In this document: positions 1 to 10,740 of the stretch, one piece after another | Layout: the number at the start of each line of letters is the position of its first letter | Position numbering within the stretch: position 1 is the first letter of the stretch | Origin: Callorhinchus milii | Taxonomy: Eukaryota | Reading direction: 5' to 3' | NCBI RefSeq assembly: GCF_018977255.1 | Contig: NW_024704742.1 | Span: 108,562,001 to 108,626,000 of the forward strand | DNA length: 64,000 nt | Program-made: the position numbers and the translations under genes | The notes under the pieces: generated by a model | What the model was told of the DNA's origin: nothing | Seen by the model: only the letters and a program-made list of their open reading frames with translations | Databases searched by the model: none

Positions 1-935
1 AATCAGGAGAGCCTCGGTCTTGCGGACGGGCTAATCCTAATACCACTCCCAATAGCATACACAACAGCAATTCCAATGTGAAGCACTTTAAGAGGTTTGA
101 CGTTATAGGCATGATTTAAAATGCAAGAATTATGAAATGCATGCATCTAGGCATTCAAGAGGAGAAGAGGATTGGAACAGGTGGAGGCTCATGTGGAATA
201 TAAACATTGGCACAGACCAGTTGGTCTGAACGGCCTGTTTCTGTGATGTAACATTCTATATAATTTATGTGAATGAAAGAATTATTATTATTTCTATAAA
301 GTTCTAATGCAGGTCTTCGCTGCTGTTTGCTTTTAATAATCAACAATCAATTTAAAATGATAAATAACAGGATATGGAGACATCAGCGAATAACCTTAAC
401 AAGGTTAAAAGAGGTCAATTGTTCTAAAATTAATCAAAAACAAACATGAAATGTAAAGTAATAAACTGAAAAGAGTTCTTCAATTTTCCATGATTCCCGA
501 AACAGGCTGACAGCTAATATGCTTTGATAATCATCCATAAATAGTTCAAGTGCAAATAAATCATGGGAAGCATTTTGAGACATCCTCATGACGTGAAGCT
601 GACATATCAAATGTAAGGATTATAATGGCTTGTTAATGTTCATGCCCACAGCTTCCCAAATAAATTTACATTCATCATATGGTGAAGAGGGAGAATCAGG
701 GAAATTAAAAACTAAAGATTCTGGAGGACACTGATTTTAATCAATTGTCTTTTGAGGTGTGACATTTAGGTAAATGTCGATTCAGATATGAATTTAAAAG
801 GTTTGCTCTTCAGTACTAGTTGAGTCATTAACCTTTGTTTTTGGTGGAAGTTATCATGACATTGAGGGAAGTGATTACTCGAGTACCAGAGCAGCATTTA
901 TGAGTTAACCACATACAAAACAAATGCTACCTTAC

Positions 936-1450
936 CTTGTTTTGCCATCTTGTGTTTTATAGCTGCTTTTGTAGAAACCATAGAAACCGTCAGACAGATT
1001 GGCTGCATAGTTTATGTTAATAATGTACTTCTCTCCAGCACCCAGAGGCTCAATAGACTGAAGCGCTATTTGCTCGTAAGGTGGAAACTCCAAAACATTC
1101 ATGGCTTTTTCATGTTGGGCAATTCCATCTTGTGTTAATGCAATGGTGGCGCTGGTGATTTCCAGGTACTTGCTGTGGAGGACAATGGAGTTGGTGTCTT
1201 GTTTGACAGAGACCTCAATCTTGGCTACTCCAGTGAAACTCAGAGTGGTTAGATTTGGGTGTATCAACAGGTCATAGTGAAGTGGGATGATTCTATTGGG
1301 CAACCTCATCTTGTTCCAGGGAAATTTCTGTCCATTAGAAGCTATAGGAGCATCTCCACTCTCATGGTCATTGGTGCTTAATGCAGAGCTCAGCAAGAAC
1401 TGCAATAGTATTCCAGCAATCAATAACACCATCTCCCTTTTCGATAACAT
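936..1450 (-). CDS. ERAP1/ERAP2: First coding exon of an endoplasmic reticulum aminopeptidase (ERAP1/ERAP2-type M1 aminopeptidase); gene continues beyond the left edge
   Basis: Translation has an N-terminal hydrophobic anchor, then FPWNKMRLP..IPLHYDLLIHPNLTTL..LHSK..EQIAL..GFYKSSY..GKTR, typical of the ERAP N-terminal domain. Acceptor ttctttcag before 1467, ATG 1450-1448, donor AG|gtaagg after 936. This exon alone cannot separate ERAP1 from ERAP2. Confidence 0.93.
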
Positions 1451-1964
1451 TCTCCTCGCAGAGTCCCCTGAAAGAACAACTGGTCAGTAATATTGCATGG
1501 TCAGAGACAGTATCATTGAAATGGTAATAACATATTCTGAAATCTATCTACACCTTATTGACATCCAACAATGTGTGGATGACAATCAGGAGTAATCTGC
1601 AAATATAATACATTCTCACATTATTGAACTTCAAACAGCATAGTTAATTGACATACATAATAATCACATGATCCTCACAGGTTATTTTAATGCTGTCAGT
1701 TTTGTTATCATGACTGTCTAAACACTAAATACACTTTGTTATTTGCCAAAATGTTCAGTCCTGAAATACATTACTTCCATTACATGCATATTATGGTTGA
1801 AAACATAATTTTAAAATTGGAAGCTAAGCCACTCCAAAGTCAAACCAGGTTTTTTTTCTTCAAAGGATTGCAATGCACTGCCCCCAGCAGACAACAATTA
1901 TAGAATCAACTAAGAAGTTTGAGGGAGATAGACAGATAGATAGAAAATAAGGTACGTGTGTTTC

Positions 1965-2395
1965 AGCCAAGTTCAGTGGTAGCACTATCACACTGAGTCA
2001 GAAGGTTGTGGGCTCAAGCCCTGCATCAGGACTTGAACTCACATAGTCGAACATGACATTCCAATGCTGGGGGTATGTTGCATTGCTGGAGATGCTATCC
2101 TTCGGATGAGGTGTTAAGCCAAGACCGAGTCTACCTATTTAGGTGAATGTTAAGGATCCCATGGCACTATTTTAAAATAGTAGGGAGTTTCTCCCTGTGT
2201 TCTGGCCAATAATCCGCCAAATAAAATGTTGTCATTTCTTTCATGGCTTGTTTGTTTGCGGTACACTGTTGTGCACAATTGGCTGCTGTGTTCGCAACAA
2301 ACACACAGTAACACCATTTCACAGTAAATTCTGTGAAGCGCTTTGGGACGTCCTCTCGACATGAAAGGTGCTATACCAAATGCAAAGATTATTAT
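1965..2395 (+). mobile_element. Degenerate tRNA-derived Deu-domain SINE with L2-type tail
   Basis: tRNA-like head remnant, Deu-like core ggatcccatggcactattt..tctccctgtgttctggccaata, tail gcgctttgggacgtcc..gattattat. Confidence 0.65.
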
Positions 2396-2404
2396 CAAAA
2401 CGCA

Positions 2405-2535
2405 AAATACTGTAGATGCTGGAAATCCGAAACAAAAACAGAAGTCGCTGGGAACACTCAGCAGGTCAGGCAGCATCTATGGAGAAAGGAAATTGAGTCA
2501 ACGTTTCGGGTCCATGACCCTTCGTCAAAACTGGG
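2405..2535 (-). mobile_element. Penelope-type terminal repeat / MER6-like fragment with a degenerate hammerhead motif
   Basis: gatgctggaaatc..cactcagcaggtcaggcagcatctatggag followed (minus strand) by ttgacga-a-gggtcatggaccc-gaaacgtt; same family at 11135-11240 and 51150-51280. Confidence 0.6.
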
Positions 2536-3209
2536 GCACGTTGGGAGGGAAAGGCTTTTAAGGACTCACAGAGAGGGGGAGACAGGGCAAGGAAGACAAA
2601 GGAGAAAATGGGTTAAAGAGGCATTAATGATGCAAAACAAAGGGGGGAATTGCAACAAAACAGGGAAAAAATAGTGGTGTTAATACTGCAAAACAAAAGG
2701 AGGGGGGAATGGCAACAAAATAGCCAGACCAGAGAGAAAAGGATTATTATTATTATTATTAAGTAACATAGAGAACAGGGAAATAGGATCAAGACATTTC
2801 TGAGTTTGAATACCAGTGGATCCACTTTTCCTTTTCAGGACAATAAAAATGAATACAACACCATGTCCTGGATTCATTTCCTGGGAGGGGGGAGAGATCA
2901 GTCAGGCTGTTTCTGATCCTGATCCCAGCCCTTGTGGTGGTTGACCTCCTGTGTGGATCACCATAAAACTAACTCTATCAATGGATCGGATTGAAATCCG
3001 GGTCAGGACGGCAGAGCCCTTACAGACCCCGTGTGCAGCTCAGTGGCTGTGAACAGCTCCACATTGGGCTCAGGATCACCTGCTCCTGGGCTGCCCACAC
3101 CGGCAGTCACTGCACATCGTCGTCTTCACTAATTCTCACCGCCGTCCCCACGTTTGCAGTTCATCTTCACTCATTTTCTAAAAGCAGAATAAACACCAGA
3201 GATACTCAC

Positions 3210-3270
3210 CAGGTCCGGTCTCCTCCTCTGCCCTTCCCCTCCTCTCAGCTCAGCTCTCGCACAGTCACTC
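3210..3270 (-). other. Probable non-coding first exon of the ERAP gene (5' end approximate)
   Basis: Strong donor gtgagt (plus-strand actcac 3204-3209) in a GC-richer patch directly downstream of an ISRE; ERAP genes typically have a non-coding exon 1. Confidence 0.6.
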
Positions 3271-3275
3271 TCAAT

Positions 3276-3290
3276 ACTTTCACTTTCATT
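3276..3290 (-). promoter_or_regulatory. IRF-E/ISRE element in the ERAP promoter
   Basis: Plus strand actttcactttcatt reads AATGAAAGTGAAAGT on minus, a consensus IRF1/IRF2 site, about 65 bp upstream of the exon-1 donor. Confidence 0.7.
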
Positions 3291-3329
3291 CTGGTCTGTG
3301 ATCAGCGGATACTGCAATCAAACCCACAT

Positions 3330-5220
3330 TACACACTCCCCCACCACCCCCCACCCCCACCCTCCCCATCCCCCACCCTCCCCATCCCCCACCCACACCC
3401 TCCCCACCCCCCCAACCCCTCCCCACCCCACCCTCCCCCACCCCCACCCTCCCCCCCGCCCCCACCCTCCCCGACCCCCACCCTCACCCGACCCCCCACC
3501 TCCCCGACCCCACCCCCACCCCCCACCCCACCCCTCCCCACCCCATCCCCCACCCACACCCTCCCCCCCACCCACACCCTCCCCACCCCCCACCACACCC
3601 TCCCCACCCCCCCACCCACACCCTCCCCACCCCCCCACCCACACCCTCCCCACCCCCACCCACACCCTCCCCACCACCCACCCACACCCTCCCCACCCCC
3701 ACACACCCCCACACCCTCCCATCCCTCACCCCCACCCTCCCCATCCCCCATCCCGCACCCACCCCCCCACCCCCACCCACACCCTCCCCATCCCCCACCC
3801 CCACCCTCCCCATCCCCCATCCCGCACCCCACCCCCCACCCACACCCTCCCCACCCCCCACCCACACCCTCCCCATCCCCCACCCACACCCTCCCCATCC
3901 CCCATCCCCACCCCCACTCTCCCCATCCCCCACCCACACCCTCCCTCCCCACCCCCACACTGACACACACTCCCTCCCCACCCCCCACACTCCCTCCCCA
4001 CCCCACACACTGACACACACACACCCACACACACTGACACACACACCCTCCCCAACCCCCACACTGATAAACACACCCTCCCCACCCCCCACACTGATAC
4101 ACACCCCCTCCTCACCCCACACACTCCCTCCCCACCCCACACACTGACACACACACACCCACACACACTGACACACACACCCTCCCCAACCCCCACACTG
4201 ATAAACACACCCTCCCCACCCCCCACACTGATACACACCCCCTCCTCACCCCACACACTCCCTCCCCACCCCACACACTGACACACACACACCCACACAC
4301 ACTGACACACACACCCTCCCCAACCCCCACACTGATAAACACACCCTCCCCACTCCCCACACTGATACACACCCCCTCCCCACTCCCCACACTGACACAC
4401 ACACTGCCTCCCCACCCCACACACTGACACACACAACCCCTCCCCACCCCCCACACACTAACACACACAACCCCACACACACACTGACAAACACCCCTCC
4501 CTACCCCCCCCCACACACACTGACACACACACCCCCTCCCCACCCCCCACACACACCGACACACACACAACCCCACACACACACTGACAAACACCCCTCC
4601 CTACCCCCCCCCCACACACACACTGACACACATACTCCCTCCCCACACCCCCCCCACACACATAGACACACAGTGACACCCCCCCTATACACACACACAC
4701 ACTCCCTCCCCACACACACACACACTCCCTCCCCACACACACACACACTCCCTCCCCCCCCCATACACACCGACACACAATCCCTCACCATCAACCTCCA
4801 CACACTGACACATACACACTCCCCCCCACACACACACTGACACACACACACACACATTCCCCCCTCACACACACATTCCCCCACTCCACACACACACTAC
4901 CTCCCCACCCCCACACACTCCCCCCCACCCCCCCACCCCACCATACACCCACTGACACACACACTCCCCCCCCCCCCCACACACACAGACACACACTGAC
5001 ATAGACATACACACTGACACACGTACACACTGACACACAAACTAACACACACACACACTGACAAAGACACACATTCCCCCCCACCCCACACACATTCCCC
5101 CACTCCACACACACACTCTCTCCTCCACACACTGCCCCTACACATGCACAAATAGACACAGAGTCCCTAAACACACACAGCCGCTACACACACATAGACA
5201 CACACAATCCCTACACACAC
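3330..5220. repeat. C/A-rich low-complexity and minisatellite tract (G-rich on minus strand) with an internal 134-bp tandem unit
   Basis: Almost only C and A; the anchor ctgataaacac recurs at 4064, 4198 and 4332; grades into (CA)n. Confidence 0.95.
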
Positions 5221-5221
5221 A

Positions 5222-6480
5222 TAACAACAACTTGGATTTATATAGCGCCCTCCATGCCGGACAGCGTCTCAGAGCGCTTCACAGCAAACGGATCCCGGGA
5301 CCGAGCCAGAGGGAGGGGGAGGAAGGTGACCAAAGGCTCGGTCGAAAAGAAAGGTCTTCAGCCGAGACCTGAAAATAGGAAGGAAGGGAGTGAGGAACGG
5401 AGTTCCAGAGCCTCGGGGCATAGTGGCTGAAGGCACAGCCGCTGAGGGTAGAGCGGAGGACTCAGGGGACGAGGAGGAGGCCAGACCCGGAGGAACGAAG
5501 GCAACGGGTACTGTTTGGAGGAGAGAGGTCAGAGAGGTAGGGGGGTGCAGAGGAGTGCAGGGACTTGAATACAAGGGTGAGGATCTTGAAGTCGATCCTC
5601 TCTGGGATAGGCAGCCAGTGCAGTCTGGCAAGGACTGGGGTGATCGGGGAGCGGAGTTTCGTGCGGGTGAGAATGCGGGCAGGAGAGTTTTGAATGATTT
5701 GGATTTTATGGATGGTAGTGGATGGGAGACCGGCGAGGAGGGCGTTAGAATAGTCCAGCCGAGAGGTGACAAAGGCATGGACCAGGGTTTCAGCGGCTTT
5801 TGGGGAGAGGTATTGGCGGAGACGGGCAATGCGTCGGAGGTGGAAGAAAGCGGTGCTGGTGAGGGACCAGATGTGGGGGAGGAAGGATAATTGGGGATCG
5901 AACCTGATGCCTAGGCTGCATACAGGTCGGAAAATTTTAGAGGGAGGTCGGGTAAGTGGAGGAGGTGAGAGCCGTGAGATTTTAGACATTGACGAGGGCC
6001 AAAGAGTATGGCTTCTGTCTTGTCAACGTTCAGCTGAAGGAAATTTGCGCTCATCCAGCCCCTGGGATCTGACAGGCAGGCTGACAGAACATCAGGGGAC
6101 TGGAGGGTCACAAAGAGAGGTGGAAAAATAGAGTTGGGTCTCATCCGCAAACATGTGGAAGTGTACCCCATGTTTACGGATGACAACCCCAAGAGGGAGC
6201 ATGTAGATCAGAAAGAGGAGGGGTCCAAGGAAGGATCCTTGGGGTACCCCGCAGGTGACCGGGTGAGAGTGGGAGGAGAAGCCGTTTGTGCAGATGTACT
6301 GCTGGCGGTTTGTGAGGTAGGACTCGAACCAGGCGAATGCGGGCCTACGGAGGAAAGGCGGTGGAGGAGGATGTTGTGATCGACTGTGTGGAACGCAACG
6401 GAGAGGGCCAGGACGACGAGGCAGAGGGAGCCATGGTCACAGATAGAGAGGATGTCGTTTGTGACTTCCACAAGTGTAAT
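5222..6480 (-). mobile_element. L2-clade LINE, 5'-truncated, frameshifted RT C-terminal half
   Basis: Motifs AFHTVDHNILLHRL, WMSANFLQLNVDKTEAILFG, HAFVTSRLDYSNALLAGLP, FRSRLKTFLFDRAF; 3' tail gcgctatataaatccaagttgttgtt; flanked on both sides by CA-rich repeat. Confidence 0.9.
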
Positions 6481-6769
6481 CTCTGCACATAGACACACAC
6501 AGACAGCCCCTCTACACACACAGACGCACACACAGACAGCCCTACACACAGTCATCCCCTACACACATAGATAAACATACACATAGACAGCCCCTACACA
6601 TATAGACAGCCCCTACACACACACTAAGCCAGGCTGACGCACACACAAGCAAAAACACACAAGGTTTTCTAACCATTTTCCATTTTTTAATAAAAAAATA
6701 AGAAGGTACAAAAAATCAGAAGGGGGAAAAATATTTCTGATTTGCAGATAGAAAATGTGAATGTAAGCA

Positions 6770-7940
6770 ACAGTTAGAACTGGATAGGAGACAGAAAGCA
6801 GAATAGTGGTGAACTGTTGTTTTTCTGTCTGGAGGGAAGAGTGCAGTTGTGTCCCCCACGGGTCAGTATTGGGACCACTGCTGTTTTTGAACTATATGAA
6901 TGACCTGGACTTGGGTATAGGGAGTACAATTTCCAAGTTTGTAGATGATACTAAGCTCGGAAAAGTAGTAAACAGTGAGGAGGATAGTAGCAGATTGTAA
7001 ATGGACATAGACAGACTGGTAAAATGGGCAGACACGTGGCAGATGAAGTTTAATGTGGAGAAATGCAAAGTGATGCATGTTTGGAGGAAGAATGAGGAGA
7101 GGCAATATAAGCTGATGGTACAATCTTAAAGGGGGAGAAAGAACAGAGAGACCTGAGGGTTCAGATAAGTAAATCTGTGAAGGTGGCAGGACAGGTAGAT
7201 AAAGCTGTTAAAAAGCATATGGGATACTAGGGGGGCATAGAATACAAAAGTCAGGAAGTTATGATGAACCTTTATAAAACACTGGTTAGGCCTCAGCTGG
7301 AGTACTGTGTTCAGGAAGGATGTTCTTTCCCTCAAAATGAAATGGATAAAAATCATGGATTTGTGAACAGATGGTTGCAGTGGAGGAGCGAACATCAGTG
7401 TAGATGTATACCACACTTCCTATACCACACTTCAGGAAGGATGTCAAGGCATTGGAGAGCGTGCAAAGGAGATTTACCAGGATGGTACCAGGAATGAGGA
7501 ATTTCAGTCATCAGGAGAGGCTAGAGAAACTAGGATTATTCTCCTTGGAGCAGAGAAGGTTAAGAGGAGACTTAATAGAAGTTTTCAAAATTATGAGGGG
7601 ATTTGATAGGGTGAACAAGGAGAAACTATTTCTACTGGTGGGTGGGTCGGTCACCCGAGGACACCGATTTAAAATAACTGTTAAAAGAAACAGAGGGGAG
7701 GTGAGAATTCTTTTCACACAGCAAATTGTTCAGAACTGGAATGCGTTGCCTGAAAGGGTGGTGGAAGCCAATTCAATAACAACTTTTAAGAGGGAAGTAG
7801 TTAATTATTTGGAGACAAGTTTGCAGGGCTATGGGGAGAGAGCGGGGGGACGTGGGATTGAATTGGATAGCGCTTTTCAAAGAGCCGGCACAGACACGAT
7901 GGCTCGAATGGCTTCCTTTTGTAAAATTCTATGATCTATG
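6770..7940 (+). mobile_element. CR1-clade LINE 3' fragment, degenerate, interrupted by a short insertion
   Basis: VPHGSVLGPLLF, ISKFVDDTKLG, LYKTLVRPQLEYCV, LESVQRRFTRMVPG, LEQRRLRGDLIEVFKIM; ends in attctatgatctatgatt repeats. Confidence 0.92.
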
Positions 7941-10110
7941 ATTCCAGATGTGAGATTGAAAGTGTTGTTATCCGGGCTCTTTGGCTTTACACACTGAAAC
8001 CTGCAGCAACTCTCAATTCTCATTGAGGAAACCATCATTTCCTGGTTTGGGCTCCAAGTCCAATGATTCGAGAGAGAGAGAAACAGGTGCATTAACCATG
8101 GGTGTTTGATTTTGAAAACTATTTATCTGTAATCATACAAGTCCCAGCCCTGAAAATTCTGCCCCTTGAGTCTACACTGATGTTCGCTCCTCCACTGCAA
8201 CCATCTGTTCACAAATCCATGATTTTTATCCATTTCATTTTGAGGGAAAGAACAAAATTGGTGGAGGGAGAGATGGGTATCATTGAGTTAAACATTGACT
8301 CAGCACTGTGCTGGAAGAAGGGGGTGCGGTTGCTATAAGAATTATTGACACTGTTTGATGTCTGTGCATCAGGGAAAGGAATTTTGTGTGCTCAGCCATT
8401 CAGGCTGAGGTTGTCCACTTAAACAGTCATGTGAAGTCGAGGCGACCTGATTTTGCTTCATCCAGCCCTTGTCCACATGTGAAAGATGATACATCCATAA
8501 TGGTGGTATATGATTAGAGATCGAGATCCGACAGTCTTTACAGGACAGGAGGCCACCCAGCCCATGGTGTATTAGAACAGGCTCTGTTCCTTTGCTCACA
8601 CACCCTGAGATCAGCCTCTCATTTAGAGACTCTTTTGAATGCTTTGAGCTGCTGTTTTGATGATGTTCAATTGCAGTTATTTAGTTTCTTGCCCTCAAGA
8701 AATCGATCGTTTGATTTTGAAATCTATTTGATGTATGTTTGCTACTTCAGGTGAAAAGTTAGGTTTCCGACAGACCCTCAAAGCACATTCAAATCTTTGT
8801 TGACTGGGTGGAGTAGAACACAAACTGTTACAAAGGTCAAGTGACTCATTCCCAGCAGTTAAGGAAGATATTTCCAATTATGATACTGTATGTGAATTAT
8901 AACTGAATGTCTTTGAAAGTGTAGGAGATTAGATTATTTTTTGCTTGGAGGCTTAATGGAACATGGAATGCTTTGCCCAGAGACTATGGAGGCTGAGCAT
9001 TTAAAAGAGAATTAATTTAAATTACAATACAATTATTATTATTATAGAAAAGATTATGGGAAAGAGCAGGACATTGGTATAAGAGAATATAAGTCAAATT
9101 AATGAGCTATCATCAGCATAAACTTAATGAGTTAGCTGTCCTTTTGTGCCATACTTTGTATGAATCCAATGATAATAGTAAATAATAATCCTTACATTTG
9201 ATATAGCACCTTATCACATCATCAAGATGTCGCAAAGGGCTTCACAGGATATATTGTAAACTGGTATGTTAGTGTTTATTTTGTGGACAACGTGGCAGCC
9301 AGAGCATCAAGCACTGATTAATGTACCTCAAACAACCATTATTTTTTGTGAGATCGTTGGCCAGGATACTGGGATAAATCGCATTCTCTTTTTGAAGGGT
9401 GAGCTAGCATATTGATGACTTTTAGTTGTAGTTTGTTGCTATGGAATCTTTAACATCCACCTGATGACAAATGAGACTTTGGTTGACCATCTTATCTGAA
9501 GGATGGAATCTCCAACTATTAAACACTCCCCCCACCCCACCCCAATCCCCCAACGCTGCACTGGAGTGTAAGCCTAGATCACACTAGTGTGGGTATTATG
9601 AAAGGATGAGATCAATCAGGCCAAAAGTCTTGGTGCATTCTTTTGACAGTCGACATTTTTGTAATATTACTGATCAGAAAAATGTTGGTTCTGTATCATG
9701 TTATTCATTAGAATTTATTTTCAGCGCCTTTGGACGTCCGCCCGGTGTGACACATGCTAAATAAGTGCAATTTATTGCTGTAGTTGTATAACCATAGAAA
9801 TTTACAGAGAGGAAGGTCCATATCCCTGAACTGGTTCTACAGTCATGACACTTGACTATCAAACTCTTCTCTTTTCGAATAGTATCATGGGATCCTTAAC
9901 TTCATTTTTGGGGCAAATTCTTGGGCAGGTTTCCTTACTCCACAAGCCTCTTTTTACCAAATAGTAAGTAGGACCTCGTTTGTTAGGCAATTGGCAAGTG
10001 GCTTTCTGTGGATGATAATCCCTCCAAAAAAAAGTGGTCACTCAATCCATGACTGTTTGTGGGTCACTGCTGTGTGCAATTGGCTACCGCTTTATTATTA
10101 TTATTATATT

Positions 10111-10433
10111 GGAGTCCTGTAGCTCAGTGGTTAGAGCACTCGCTTTGCAAGTGAGAGACCTGAGTTCAATTCCAGACAGGGCGAAACCTTGGGCAAGTTT
10201 CCTTGCTCCACACGCCTAATAATAATCCCTCCAAAACCAAAAAAAAAATAATAAATTGGTCATTTTCGATCTACAACTGTTTGTGGGACGTTGCTGCTCG
10301 CAATTGTCTGCCGCGTTCTCCCACAAATATACAGTCAATTCACTTTGCAGTGTGTTCTGTGAAGCGCTTTGGGACGTCCTCCCGACGTGAAAAGCGCTAT
10401 ATCAAATGCAAGGATTATTGTTATTATTATTAT
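10111..10433 (+). mobile_element. Young tRNA-derived SINE with L2-like tail
   Basis: A-box tagctcagtgg, B-box gagttcaattcc, body shared with other copies, (TTA)n tail; sits in a TTA run within an older SINE. Confidence 0.88.
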
Positions 10434-10489
10434 TCAAGCAAGGATTATTTTATTATGAAACTGTGGTCATGGTTCAGCAGCTATCAGCT

Positions 10490-10740
10490 AGCCGGGAGAG
10501 ACCAGAAGCAAGATTGGGTGATCACTTTGCTGAACACCTCCATTCCATCCAAGAGTGCAACCCAGCGTTCCGGTTGCTTGCCACTTTAATTCTCCTTCCC
10601 ACTCTGACCTCTCTGTCCATGGCCTTCTACGCTGTTACAATGAAGCACAACAGAAGCTCGAGGAACCGCACTTCATCTCTTAGGCACCTTACAACCCTCT
10701 GGCCTCAACATTGATTTTAACCACTTCAGATTTTAAGCAC
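10490..10740 (+). mobile_element. Penelope-like element GIY-YIG endonuclease C-terminal remnant
   Basis: Frameshifted translation LGDHFAEHLHSI..ACHFNSPSHSDLSVHGL..KLEEPH..LGTLQPSGLNIDF; matching terminal-repeat fragment at 11135-11240. Confidence 0.75.

Noticed and set aside
2991-5174. Long Pro/His-rich and Gly/Val/Cys-rich ORFs
   Set aside because: Open in nearly all frames because the C/A repeat lacks stop codons; not coding evidence.
10111-10185. tRNA-like sequence (also 22160-22228, 62905-63035)
   Set aside because: SINE heads attached to a repeated body and tail, not tRNA genes.
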